A stretch of 64,000 nucleotides of DNA from an uncultured Spirochaetales bacterium (GTDB lineage Bacteria; Myxococcota_A; UBA9160; SMWR01), in NCBI GenBank assembly GCA_964653555.1, contig CAZZFT010000010.1, positions 6,389 through 70,388 on the forward strand, in the 5' to 3' direction. The number at the start of each line of letters is the position of its first letter. Positions within the stretch are counted from its first letter, which is position 1. The notes under the pieces were generated by a model. That model did no database searches. It had not been told where the DNA came from and worked only from the letters and a program-made list of their open reading frames with translations. Positions 25,160 through 34,126 of this stretch are shown piece after piece. A program made the position numbers and the translations under genes.

Positions 25160-26560
25160 TCACGAGTCGGCGGGACCCGCCGTCGAGGCGACCAGCGCCT
25201 GGAGGTCGTCTCGCATCATCCCGCGCAGGATGCGCAGCTCCGCCGCCCGATGCGGGGCCAGCCGCAGCGTGAGCCAGGCGCGCAGCTCGCTCCAGAAGCT
25301 CTCGGTGTGCTCGAAGAAGCGAAGTGCGACCCAGCCGGTCGCGGGAGCCACCACCGCCATCAGCGAGGCTCCGAGCGCTCCCCACGCACGTCCGGCCAGC
25401 GCGATTTCGATCGCCCAGGCGATCGGGAACAGGAACAGCCCGGAGATCACCTTGTAGGTCGCCGGCTGGTCCCCCTGGTCCTCCACAGTGGAGGCGACCC
25501 AGCCCGGAACGCGGTAGGGGAGGTAGTTGAGCGCGAGGCCGACGAGTGCGATCGGCAGCAGAACGGCGAGGGTCGGCACGCGGAAGCCCAGGTAGCCCGC
25601 CACGTGGCTCCAGGGATAGTCCGCGATCACGTGGTCGTCGCGCAGGTGCAGGGTCTCGAGCAGCAGCTCGTAGCGGCGTGCCATCGCCTCCAGGGCCTCC
25701 ACGCGCTCGCGATCCTGTGCACGCACCGCCTCGTAGCCGGCGCCGAAGGACTGACGCAGGGAGAAGCGCTCGCCGAGTCCGGAGCGGCCGGGCATCGGCC
25801 GCTTGGGCTCGGAGGCGTAGATCTCGGCCGCGCGCTCCACGAGCCGTGCGGTGTGCCACGAATCGAAGTTGAGGGTGACGCCGCGCAGTCCGGCTTCGAT
25901 CTTGTGGGTGAGATCGCGGACGCCCGATTCGTCGTCGCCCTCCGCGCTGCCGCGGATCGCGGCTCCGACCGTCACCAGCAGACGCGATCGGAACCGCCCT
26001 TTCTCATCGAAGGTCAGGCCGACCGGGACGATCGCGACCGACTCGGCGCCGCTCTCCTGGGCGCCGATCGCGATCCGGGCGGCGCCCGTGCGCAGCGGCT
26101 GGAGCGACGGTTGGTCGTGACTGACTCCCTCCGGAAACAGCGCGACGGCGCCGTCCGCGGCGAGCTCCGCGAAGCAGCGCGAGAAGGTCTCCCGGTTGCG
26201 GGAGGTGGACCCGTCCTGAGCGCGGTAGATCGGGATCGCGCCGACCAGGGAGAGCAGGGGCAACACCGCCGGATTGCCCCATAGCGTGTGCTTGGCGAGG
26301 AAGCGCGGCAAACGCGGCAGCAGGGCGACCAGCACGATCGGGTCGACGAGCGCATTGCCGTGATTGGCCACGAACAGCACCGGACCGCTTGCCGGGACGT
26401 GCTCGGCGCCCTCGATCTCCACGCTGCGGTAGAACACCGCGAGCACCAGACGCGCCAGTCTTCGGGCCAGGCGGTCCAGCCGGCGGCGCCGTCTCGCCGC
26501 CGACGAGCCCGCCCGGTCGTCCCCCGCCGCTCGATCCTCCACGACGCGGGGAGTCACCAT
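25160..26560 (-). CDS. membrane-anchored lysophospholipid/glycerol-phosphate acyltransferase family protein (PlsC-like)
   Basis: 466 aa, RBS GGGAGG. Acyltransferase blocks 'FVANHGNALVDP' and 'ALFPEGVSHD', then 'IVPVGLTF'. C-terminal hydrophobic helices are present. Confidence 0.8.
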   Translation of the reverse strand: MVTPRVVEDRAAGDDRAGSSAARRRRRLDRLARRLARLVLAVFYRSVEIEGAEHVPASGPVLFVANHGNALVDPIVLVALLPRLPRFLAKHTLWGNPAVLPLLSLVGAIPIYRAQDGSTSRNRETFSRCFAELAADGAVALFPEGVSHDQPSLQPLRTGAARIAIGAQESGAESVAIVPVGLTFDEKGRFRSRLLVTVGAAIRGSAEGDDESGVRDLTHKIEAGLRGVTLNFDSWHTARLVERAAEIYASEPKRPMPGRSGLGERFSLRQSFGAGYEAVRAQDRERVEALEAMARRYELLLETLHLRDDHVIADYPWSHVAGYLGFRVPTLAVLLPIALVGLALNYLPYRVPGWVASTVEDQGDQPATYKVISGLFLFPIAWAIEIALAGRAWGALGASLMAVVAPATGWVALRFFEHTESFWSELRAWLTLRLAPHRAAELRILRGMMRDDLQALVASTAGPADS

Positions 26561-26584
26561 TGGATCCGGCCTCCCGATCCCACC

Positions 26585-27706
26585 TCAGGTTCGCGCGCTG
26601 AGGCCCAGCGCCTCCCGGGCGACGACCCCGCGCATCACCTCCGACGTTCCGCCCCCGATCGTCTCCCACAGGCTCTGGCGCCACAAGAGCTCCACCCGCT
26701 CGCCGTGGACCAGCGCCCCGGGCCCACCGAAGTCGAGGGCTGCGCGCGCGATCTCCTGGCACACGACCGTGTGTAGGACCTTGTTGGCGGCGGCCTCCGC
26801 CACGCCGGTCCGCCCGTGCAGCATCGCGTCGAGCACGCGTAGCCCGCACGCCTCCACTTCTGCGACGCGCACCGACAGCTCGGCCAGGGTGGTGCGCACG
26901 CGCGGATCGCCCGTGAGGCCCCGGCCCCGGGCCCAGGCCACCACCTCTTCGAGGTCGCGGCGCACGCGGCCGGGCGGAAACTGGATGTGGCGCTCATCGG
27001 CGAGCGCCTCGGCCATGATCTTCCAGGCGCCGTTCTCGGGCCCGATCCGCTGCTCGACGGGAACCCGGACGTCGTCGAAGAACACCTCGTTCAGCTGGTC
27101 GCCGTCGAGAGTGGGTAGCGGTCGTACGGTGACGCCCGGCGCGTTCGCCTCGATGATCAGCAGCGAAAGGCCGCGTCCCCGGCTCTGGGGATCTCCGGTG
27201 CGCACCAGGGTCCAGAGGCAGTCCATGTCCTGGGCGTAGGATTGCCAGCACTTGCGGCCGCTCACCGTGTAGTCGGAGGCCCGTCGCTCGGCGCGACAGC
27301 GGACCGCGGCCAGGTCGGATCCGGCCTCGGGCTCCGAGTAGGCGAGGGAGAAGTGGATCTCTCCGCGCCGGATCGGTGGCAGCCAGCGCTCGCGCTGGGC
27401 CTCGGTGCCGTAGCGGGCGATCGTCTTCGCGACGATTCCCGAGGCGAGCGGATTGCGCGCCGCGCGCGCGTAGGCCACTTCGTCCCACAGGATGTACTCG
27501 TAGGTGAGCGGCCTTCCGCCCCCCCCGGCCTCGACCGGCCAGCCGAGGGAGAGCCAGCCGCGATCGGCCATCGCGGCGAAGAAGGCCTTCACGCTCGGCC
27601 AGTGGTGGCCCTGGAGGAAGAACGCGTCGAGGTCGCGGTGGTCGGCGAGGAATGCGACCACCTCGGCCCGGAACGCCTCCTCCTCGGGCGAGAAGGCGGG
27701 GTTCAC
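26585..27706 (-). CDS. acyl-CoA dehydrogenase family protein (long paralog)
   Basis: 373 aa. The GTG at 27706 overlaps the hydratase stop (GTGA). Has 'FSLAYSEPEAGSDLA', 'SGRKCWQSYA' and the C-terminal 'IGGGTSEVMRGVVA'. Confidence 0.85.
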   Translation of the reverse strand: MNPAFSPEEEAFRAEVVAFLADHRDLDAFFLQGHHWPSVKAFFAAMADRGWLSLGWPVEAGGGGRPLTYEYILWDEVAYARAARNPLASGIVAKTIARYGTEAQRERWLPPIRRGEIHFSLAYSEPEAGSDLAAVRCRAERRASDYTVSGRKCWQSYAQDMDCLWTLVRTGDPQSRGRGLSLLIIEANAPGVTVRPLPTLDGDQLNEVFFDDVRVPVEQRIGPENGAWKIMAEALADERHIQFPPGRVRRDLEEVVAWARGRGLTGDPRVRTTLAELSVRVAEVEACGLRVLDAMLHGRTGVAEAAANKVLHTVVCQEIARAALDFGGPGALVHGERVELLWRQSLWETIGGGTSEVMRGVVAREALGLSART

Positions 27707-28548
27707 GAATCCTCGCCGCGTGCGTTCGGGTTCGGGTTCCAGTGCGGCGCGCGCTTCTCCGCGAAAGCGCGCGGACCCTCCCGGAAGTCGGGGTGGCTCC
27801 AGTGCAGGCGCAGCAGACTCCAGGCCGCCTCGAGCGCAGCGGTGTAGCCCTGCTCCAGGCTTCCCCAGATCGCCTGCTTCGAGAGCGTCATCGCCTGGGG
27901 CGAGTTCTCGAGCATCTGCTCGGCCATCGCGATCGCAGCGGGCAGGACGGCCGACGGCTCCGCCACCAACTCGTCCACCAGGCCCAGCTCGTAGGCGCGC
28001 CGCGCCGGCATCCGGTAGTGACGGCCCAGCAGGGTCATGCGCAGCGCCGAGCCGAGGGGCAGGCGCTTGGCGAGTCCCACGTTCTCCAGGGCGCCCACCA
28101 TGCCGACGTTCACGTGGCTGTCCATGAAGGCGGCGTTCTCGCTGGCGAGTACGATGTCGGCGTCGACGACGAAGTGCAGGCCGCCCCCGACGCACAGTCC
28201 CTGCACGGCGCACAGCACCGGCTTCCACACCCGATTCTGATGCGGGGACCAGTGCACCGCTTCGGCGAGCGGGCGGTTGACGAACACGTCTCCCGCGCCC
28301 TCGCTCTCCGCCTCGCCGACGTCGAAGCCGGTGCAGAAGTGCCGCTCGCCGGCGGCGGTGACGATCGCGACCCGGATCGCGTCGTCGTCGCGCACCTCGC
28401 TCCAGATCGCGCGCAGCACCGGCTGCATGGCCGGGGCGAGCGCGTTGCCGCGTTCGGGCCGGTCCAGCGTCACGATCGCGATGCCGTCGTCGCGTCGCTC
28501 GTAGCGGACGCCGGGCAGCGGTCCTCGCAGGTCGGGGGCAGTGTTCAT
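27703..28548 (-). CDS. enoyl-CoA hydratase/isomerase (crotonase) family protein
   Basis: 281 aa. Has 'IAIVTLDRPERGNAL', 'VTAAGERHFCTGFDV' and 'AVQGLCVGGGLHFVVDADI'. Confidence 0.9.
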   Translation of the reverse strand: MNTAPDLRGPLPGVRYERRDDGIAIVTLDRPERGNALAPAMQPVLRAIWSEVRDDDAIRVAIVTAAGERHFCTGFDVGEAESEGAGDVFVNRPLAEAVHWSPHQNRVWKPVLCAVQGLCVGGGLHFVVDADIVLASENAAFMDSHVNVGMVGALENVGLAKRLPLGSALRMTLLGRHYRMPARRAYELGLVDELVAEPSAVLPAAIAMAEQMLENSPQAMTLSKQAIWGSLEQGYTAALEAAWSLLRLHWSHPDFREGPRAFAEKRAPHWNPNPNARGEDS

Positions 28549-29495
28549 GCGTCGAGGCCTCCTAGTCCGTGATGCGCGAGCAGCGCGTCGCGGGCGACGT
28601 CGGGGTGAGGCGGCTGCGACGCGAGCTGGCGGAGGCGTCGCGAGACGTGGAAGACCGGGCCGTCCACGGTGATGCCGAGGGCGCCGAAGATCTGATGGCA
28701 GGTGTAGGCGGCCTCGAGTGCGGAGCGGGTGGCCGACAGGCGCGCGGCCGCGGCGCGCGCCCGGAGGTCGCCCGCTCCTGCGTCCCAGGCATGGCTCGCG
28801 ATGCGCGCGAGGGTGGCGGCGGCGTCGAGGCGCATGTGGGCATCGGCGAGTGGGTGGGCGACGGCCTGGAAGTCGCCGATCGGTCGCCCGAACTGGGTGC
28901 GGTTGCGCGCGTGCTCGACGGCGGCGAGCACCAGCGCGTGGCCGGCGGCGGCGGCGTAGGCGCCGAGCGCGACGTCATGGAGAGCCCAGGCGCGCTCCGG
29001 GACCGCGAGCGGAGGGCCGAGCTCGAGCTCCACGCGGCCCCAGGGCTCGCCGCCCAGCGTATCCACCGCTTCGATCTGCGACCGCGGTGTTCCCCGTCGC
29101 ACGCCGTCGGCGTCGATGGCGAGGAAGCAGTCGGCGACCGGTGCGAAGGGGAGCAGCGGCGGTGCGCCGAGGGCCACGATCCACTCGCCTCTCGTCACCC
29201 GCGCGCGATCCGGGGGATCCAGCACCTGGCAGGCGAGCACCGTCGCGGGGAGCGGTCCCGGGAACGTCGCTGCTCCGAGCGACTCCATCGCCGCGACCAG
29301 CTCGCAGGCGCCTCCCTCTCCTTCGGGCGTCGCGAGCGCAAGCACGCCCAGAGCCGCGAGCTCCTGCCACAGCGAGCGGGGAAGGGTACCCGCGGCCTCG
29401 CGCACCCTCTCCTCGGGACACCGCTCGGCGCAGAACGAAGCGATCGCGTCGGCGATCGCCTGCTGCGTGTCGTCGAGGGCGAGATCCAGGGGCAC
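28545..29495 (-). CDS. acyl-CoA dehydrogenase family protein (short paralog, candidate non-catalytic/beta subunit)
   Basis: 316 aa. Keeps the ACAD C-terminal helical domain 'AVEHARNRTQFGRPIGDFQAVAHPLADAHMRLDAA', but the N-terminal and middle domains are shortened. Its stop overlaps the next start (ATGA). Confidence 0.75.
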   Translation of the reverse strand: MPLDLALDDTQQAIADAIASFCAERCPEERVREAAGTLPRSLWQELAALGVLALATPEGEGGACELVAAMESLGAATFPGPLPATVLACQVLDPPDRARVTRGEWIVALGAPPLLPFAPVADCFLAIDADGVRRGTPRSQIEAVDTLGGEPWGRVELELGPPLAVPERAWALHDVALGAYAAAAGHALVLAAVEHARNRTQFGRPIGDFQAVAHPLADAHMRLDAAATLARIASHAWDAGAGDLRARAAAARLSATRSALEAAYTCHQIFGALGITVDGPVFHVSRRLRQLASQPPHPDVARDALLAHHGLGGLDA

Positions 29496-29499
29496 CTCT

Positions 29500-30438
29500 T
29501 CAGACCCGCGACGGAGCGTTCCAGCGACTGGACGCGATCGCGCGCAGGTGGGCCGAGGCTCCGCCGAGCTCGAGACGCAGCGCCTGGAGTCGCATCGAGA
29601 ACACGTGCAGATCGTGCTCGCGCGTGAAGCCCATGGCCCCGGTCATCTGGTGCGTCTCCCGGAAGACGTGGTTCGCCGCATCCGCGGCTTGAGCGGCCGC
29701 GGTGGCGGCGGCCTCCTCGGGCGCCTCCTTCGCCGCCGCCTCGAGCGTGAGCCAGCGGGCTCCTTCGATCTGCACGACGCACAGAGCGAGCCGGTGCTGG
29801 AGCGCCTGGAAGGATCCGATCGCGCGTCCGAACTGCCTGCGACCCTTCACGTACGCGACGGTCACGTCGAGAGCGGCCTGCATGGTGCCGACGAGCTCGG
29901 CGGCGAGGGCTACGCGCCACCAACGCCGCAACGCGTCGCCCGAGCCGGGACCGAGCGACTCCCCGGATCCGCCGTGGACGGCGATGCGCCCGACCGGCAG
30001 CATGAAGTTCGACCGCACCGGCGTGGTGTCGCCGGGCACGAGCGAGACGAGACGCGCCTCGCCGCCCGCGTCGACGAGGGCGGTGCGCGCGCGGTCGCCG
30101 AAGCGCACCGGCCCCGGGTGGGCGAGGGAGACCAGGGCCACCGGTCCGGGAAGCGCGCGTCCGGTGAGACGCGGGGCGACGAGCAGCTGCGCCCCCGCCG
30201 GCAACGTGCCGGCGCAACGCGCCACGCACTCCGTCACCATCGCTGCCTCGAGAGAGCCCGTGTCCCCGCCCAGTGCGATCTCGGCGAAGCCCGCCTCGGA
30301 GAGCGCCGCGTCGAGGGAGACGTCCCATTCTCCCTTCGCGTCGAGGGCGATCGCCCGCGACGCCCCCGCGTACCGCTCGCACAGCGCGTCGACGGCCTCC
30401 AGAATCGCGGATTGATCGTCGCTCCAGGCATAGTCCAT
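29500..30438 (-). CDS. acyl-CoA dehydrogenase family protein (short paralog, candidate non-catalytic/beta subunit)
   Basis: 312 aa. Has 'TVAYVKGRRQFGRAIGSFQALQHRLA' and 'THQMTGAMGFTREHDLHVF'. Separated from flanking ACAD genes by 3-4 nt. Confidence 0.75.
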   Translation of the reverse strand: MDYAWSDDQSAILEAVDALCERYAGASRAIALDAKGEWDVSLDAALSEAGFAEIALGGDTGSLEAAMVTECVARCAGTLPAGAQLLVAPRLTGRALPGPVALVSLAHPGPVRFGDRARTALVDAGGEARLVSLVPGDTTPVRSNFMLPVGRIAVHGGSGESLGPGSGDALRRWWRVALAAELVGTMQAALDVTVAYVKGRRQFGRAIGSFQALQHRLALCVVQIEGARWLTLEAAAKEAPEEAAATAAAQAADAANHVFRETHQMTGAMGFTREHDLHVFSMRLQALRLELGGASAHLRAIASSRWNAPSRV

Positions 30439-30441
30439 GGG

Positions 30442-31587
30442 TTACTCGCGCGGCAGACCCAGCCAGCGGCTGGCGATCAGGTTGAGGTTGATCTCGGTGG
30501 TGCCGACGGCGACTCCGGCCGGCATCGCGAGGCGCCAGTAGGACTCGCCGAAGTGGCCGTAGGCGAGCGACTCGCTGCCGAAGATCTCGAGTGCGAGGTC
30601 CGAGACCGCGTTCTCGCACATCGTGCCGGCGACGCGCGCCAGGTTGGTGTCGGGGGTCGGCTCGCTGCCCTTCGCGCGCAGGTCGATCACGCGGTAGGAG
30701 AGCAGCCGCCCGACTTCCACGGCGCAGCGGGCCGCGCCGAGCTTCTCCTGGACGACCGGGTCGCCCAGCATGCCGCGCTCACGAGCCGCCCCGGCCAGCG
30801 CGTCGAGCGTGAGCGCCGCGCGCGCGTAGCGCATGGCTCCTACGCGCTCGAAGGCGAGCGCGTAGGAGACGACGCCCCAGCCTTCGCCCTCGGGACCGAG
30901 CCGACAGCCGGCCGGGATCCGCGCTTCGTCGAAGAAGAGCTCGTGGAAGTAGCGTTCGCCGATCACCGCCGGAACCTCTCGCACCGAGATCCCGGGTGCA
31001 TTCATCGGCGCCAGCAGCACCGTGATGCCGCGGTGCCGCTTCGAGGTCGGGTCGGTGCGTACGAGCAGGAAGCAGTACTCGGCCCCGGATACGTAGGAGG
31101 TCCAGATCTTCGATCCGTTCACGACGTAGTCGTCGCCCTCCCGCACGGCAGCGGTGCGCAGGGAGACCAGGTCGCTTCCGGCCTCCGGCTCCGAGAAGCC
31201 TTGACACCAGAGGACGTCACCCGCGGAGATCCTCGGCAGGTGGAGCGCCTTCTGCTCTTCGGTGCCGTACTTCATGATCGTCGGGCCGATCCAGTTGACG
31301 TTCATGTACTGGGAGCCGCGCGGCTCGCCGACCCGCCACATCTCCTCGGAGAGGATGGCGTGCCGCCAGGGTGTGGCGTCGCCGCCCCCGTAGGCCGCCG
31401 GCCAGTTCTGGGTGAGCCAGCCGCGCTGGGCGAGCTTCGCGCAGAAGGCGCGCGAGAAGGTGGACTGGGCGTCGCTGCCTGGTCCGTCCGCGGAGAGCTC
31501 CGCCCAGTCGGGCGGAAGCTCCGCGTCGAGGAACGCGCGCAGCTCGCGCCGGAAGGTCTCGTCGCCTTCGGACCAGTCGAATTCCAA
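30442..31587 (-). CDS. acyl-CoA dehydrogenase family protein (long paralog)
   Basis: 381 aa. Has 'WCQGFSEPEAGSDLVSL', 'YVVNGSKIWTSY' and 'AVGTTEINLNLIA'. Confidence 0.9.
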   Translation of the reverse strand: MEFDWSEGDETFRRELRAFLDAELPPDWAELSADGPGSDAQSTFSRAFCAKLAQRGWLTQNWPAAYGGGDATPWRHAILSEEMWRVGEPRGSQYMNVNWIGPTIMKYGTEEQKALHLPRISAGDVLWCQGFSEPEAGSDLVSLRTAAVREGDDYVVNGSKIWTSYVSGAEYCFLLVRTDPTSKRHRGITVLLAPMNAPGISVREVPAVIGERYFHELFFDEARIPAGCRLGPEGEGWGVVSYALAFERVGAMRYARAALTLDALAGAARERGMLGDPVVQEKLGAARCAVEVGRLLSYRVIDLRAKGSEPTPDTNLARVAGTMCENAVSDLALEIFGSESLAYGHFGESYWRLAMPAGVAVGTTEINLNLIASRWLGLPRE

Positions 31588-31729
31588 GGGTCACCTCCCC
31601 CTGTTCGCGAGGACCTGCGCAGTCTATCGCGGACGCGGCCTGCGGCGCGCCGTCTCGGCCGCGAGGGTCCGATCCGCGTCTCTCTGCATTTTCCTTCTCT
31701 GACTCGCGCCGGTGGTGTAGGTCTAGCGC

Positions 31730-33400
31730 GTGGCCCGCACCGCTCCCGAAGCCCTGGACACGCCTCGCTTCCCCGACTACGAGCCGACCGTTCCGAGGTT
31801 CCTGGCCGAGGTCGCCAAGGGCCACCGCGAGCGGCCGCTGATCGCACTCGGCGACCGCCGCATCAGCTACGCCGAGGCCGAGCGCGCCTCCGCCCGCCTC
31901 GCCCGCGGTCTGCTGGCCCGGGGCATCGCGAAGGGCAGCCACGTGGCCGTGCTGGCGCCGAACGGCCCCGACTGGGTGGTGTGGTGGCTGGCCGCGGCGC
32001 GCGTCGGCGCCGTCGTGGTTCCCCTCAACACCTTCTACAAGCCGCGCGAGCTCGGCTACGTGCTCCGCCACGCCGACGTGCAGGCGCTGATCGCGGTGCC
32101 GCGACTCCTGAGCCACGACTACCTGGAGCGCATCGAGGCCTGCGCGCCGTCGCTCGCCGGTCAGGCCCCGTCGGCGCTGTCCGCGCGCGAGCTCCCGCTG
32201 TTGCGGCGTGTCTTCGTCGCCGGGGACGGCGGGGGACGCAGCTGGGCGACCCCGCTCTCGGAGCTCGAGGCCACCGCCGACGCCTCACCGGCGCCGGACG
32301 GGTCCCGGCTCGCCGAGATCGAGGCGGCCGTCCGCCCGGCCGATCCCATGCTCCTGATCTACACCTCGGGCAGCACCGGCGATCCGAAGGGCGCCCTGCA
32401 CAGCCAGGGAGCGCCGATCCGGCACGCCTACAACCTGAACCGGTTCCGCGATCTCGAGACCTCCGACCGCATCTTCTCTCCGATGCCCTTCTTCTGGGTG
32501 GGCGGCTTCGTGTTCACGCTCCTCTCGGCGATGCACGTCGGGGCCTTCCTGGTCTGCGAGGAGGCGTTCGAGCCCGGCGAGACCCTGGCGCTGCTCGAGC
32601 GCGAGCGCGTGACGATCGCCGCCGGCTGGCCGCACTACGCGAAGGCGATGGTCGACCATCCGAGCTTCGCGTCGCGCGATCTCCGCTCGATCCGTTCGGG
32701 CAACCTCTACGCCGTCCTGCCCGAGGCGTCGCGGCCGGCGGACCCGGAGCTGCGGTCGAACTCGCTCGGGATGACCGAGACCTGTGGTCCCCACACGATC
32801 GACCGGATGGACGTCGATCTCCCCGAGCGGCTGCGCGGGTCCTTCGGTCGCTCGGTTCCGGGCCTCGAGCACAAGATCGTCGACCCGCAGACCGGCGAGA
32901 CGCTCGGGCCCGGTCGCGTCGGCGAGATCTGCGTGCGCGGCTACAGCCTGATGCTCGGTCTCTACAAGCGGGAGCGCGAGGAGGTCTTCGACCGCGACGG
33001 CTACTACCACACGGGAGACGCGGGCCACTTCGATGCCGAGGGCTACCTCTTCTTCTCGGCCCGGCTCGGGGAGATGATCAAGGCCGCCGGCGCGAACGTG
33101 ACCCCGCGCGAGGTGGAGGTCGCGATCGAGGCGCTTCCCGAGGTGGTGTCGGCCTTCGTCGTGGGCGTGCCCGATCCCGTCCGGGGACAGGCCGTGGCCG
33201 CGGCGGTGGTGCTCAAGCGCGGCGCCGCCCTCGACGCCGACACCGCCAGCGCGCGCCTGCGCGACGAGCTGGCGAGCTACAAGGTGCCGCGCCACTGGCT
33301 CTTCGCGTCGAAGGAGGAGCTGCCCTTCACCGACAGCGGCAAGATCGACAAGAAGCGGCTGGCGGTGCTGCTGGCCGAGCACCCCGGCATGGGCGTCTAG
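31730..33400 (+). CDS. AMP-dependent acyl-CoA synthetase/ligase (FadD-like)
   Basis: 556 aa, GTG start, divergent from the ACAD operon. AMP-binding motif 'LIYTSGSTGDPKG', plus 'YHTGDAG' and the C-terminal 'DSGKIDKKRL'. Confidence 0.9.
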   Translation: MARTAPEALDTPRFPDYEPTVPRFLAEVAKGHRERPLIALGDRRISYAEAERASARLARGLLARGIAKGSHVAVLAPNGPDWVVWWLAAARVGAVVVPLNTFYKPRELGYVLRHADVQALIAVPRLLSHDYLERIEACAPSLAGQAPSALSARELPLLRRVFVAGDGGGRSWATPLSELEATADASPAPDGSRLAEIEAAVRPADPMLLIYTSGSTGDPKGALHSQGAPIRHAYNLNRFRDLETSDRIFSPMPFFWVGGFVFTLLSAMHVGAFLVCEEAFEPGETLALLERERVTIAAGWPHYAKAMVDHPSFASRDLRSIRSGNLYAVLPEASRPADPELRSNSLGMTETCGPHTIDRMDVDLPERLRGSFGRSVPGLEHKIVDPQTGETLGPGRVGEICVRGYSLMLGLYKREREEVFDRDGYYHTGDAGHFDAEGYLFFSARLGEMIKAAGANVTPREVEVAIEALPEVVSAFVVGVPDPVRGQAVAAAVVLKRGAALDADTASARLRDELASYKVPRHWLFASKEELPFTDSGKIDKKRLAVLLAEHPGMGV

Positions 33401-33518
33401 CCACCGCGGACCGGATCGCCCGTCTCGCTTCGGTGAGCCGATCGTTTCGCGAAGCGCAGCGGGTCGAGCTCCGGGATCGTCGAGTGCGAATCGAAGCCGG
33501 CGGGCTCCTTCCTCGACG

Positions 33519-33914
33519 TCAACCGGACCGCGTCGACCCTGGTGCGCGAGCGCGCAGGATGATTCCGCAGCCTGCGCCCCAGACGACCATCACGACTGCG
33601 AGCGTCCGACCCGCGGTGCCCAGCGCCGGCGCGGGGAAGGCCGCGTGCGAGGGGGTGGGAGCTGGCGCCGCCGCATCGGCGGGTGGCGACGGCGCAGGCT
33701 GTAGGGGCAACGCGCCGCGGCTCCGATCGCTCGAGGAAACGATCACGATCAGCCCCCCACCGTCCGAGTCCTCCGGCGGTCCCGTTCCGCTGACCACCAC
33801 GACCGTGGTGTCGCCGTCACATGCCATCAGCGCGCACGTGGTCGAGATCGACGCGAGCAGGCGGCGAAGCACTCGACCCGAGGGCATCCACATCCGCATG
33901 CAGCATCTTGGCAC
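33519..33914 (-). CDS. hypothetical small protein (weak call): lipobox-like N-terminus, C-terminal hydrophobic helix + Arg tail
   Basis: Only ORF in a 0.73-kb gap. Has 'RRLLASISTTCALMAC|DGD' (lipobox-like LMAC) and the C-terminal 'LAVVMVVWGAGCGIILRARA'. My hand count of third-position G+C is about 81%, between coding (~90%) and non-coding values. It may not be a gene. Confidence 0.3.
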   Translation of the reverse strand: MPRCCMRMWMPSGRVLRRLLASISTTCALMACDGDTTVVVVSGTGPPEDSDGGGLIVIVSSSDRSRGALPLQPAPSPPADAAAPAPTPSHAAFPAPALGTAGRTLAVVMVVWGAGCGIILRARAPGSTRSG

Positions 33915-34126
33915 GAATCGGACCGACTCTCGCGGGCGTACGACGCAATTCCACTTCCCCGATCTTGCGAGAATCCAATGTGGAGCTCGCGCAGGATGTG
34001 GCTCATGCCGGGGAAGGTCGAGAGAGAGAAGGCGCGGCCGCGACGCCCGTGCTCGAGCGCCCCGCGTCCCGGCGGGGACGCCGCGCCGTGAAGCCCGGCC
34101 GACGGCGGCGTGGGTCGCCGGTTCGC

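Noticed and set aside
33915-34110. 56-codon Cys-rich minus-strand ORF 'MSHILRELHIGFSQDRGSGIASYARESRSDSCQDAACGCGCPRVECFAAC...'
   Set aside because: It is below any length support, has poor codon bias and no RBS, and overlaps the doubtful 33519-33914 ORF in another frame. It is more likely debris of a decayed gene than a Cys-rich peptide gene.
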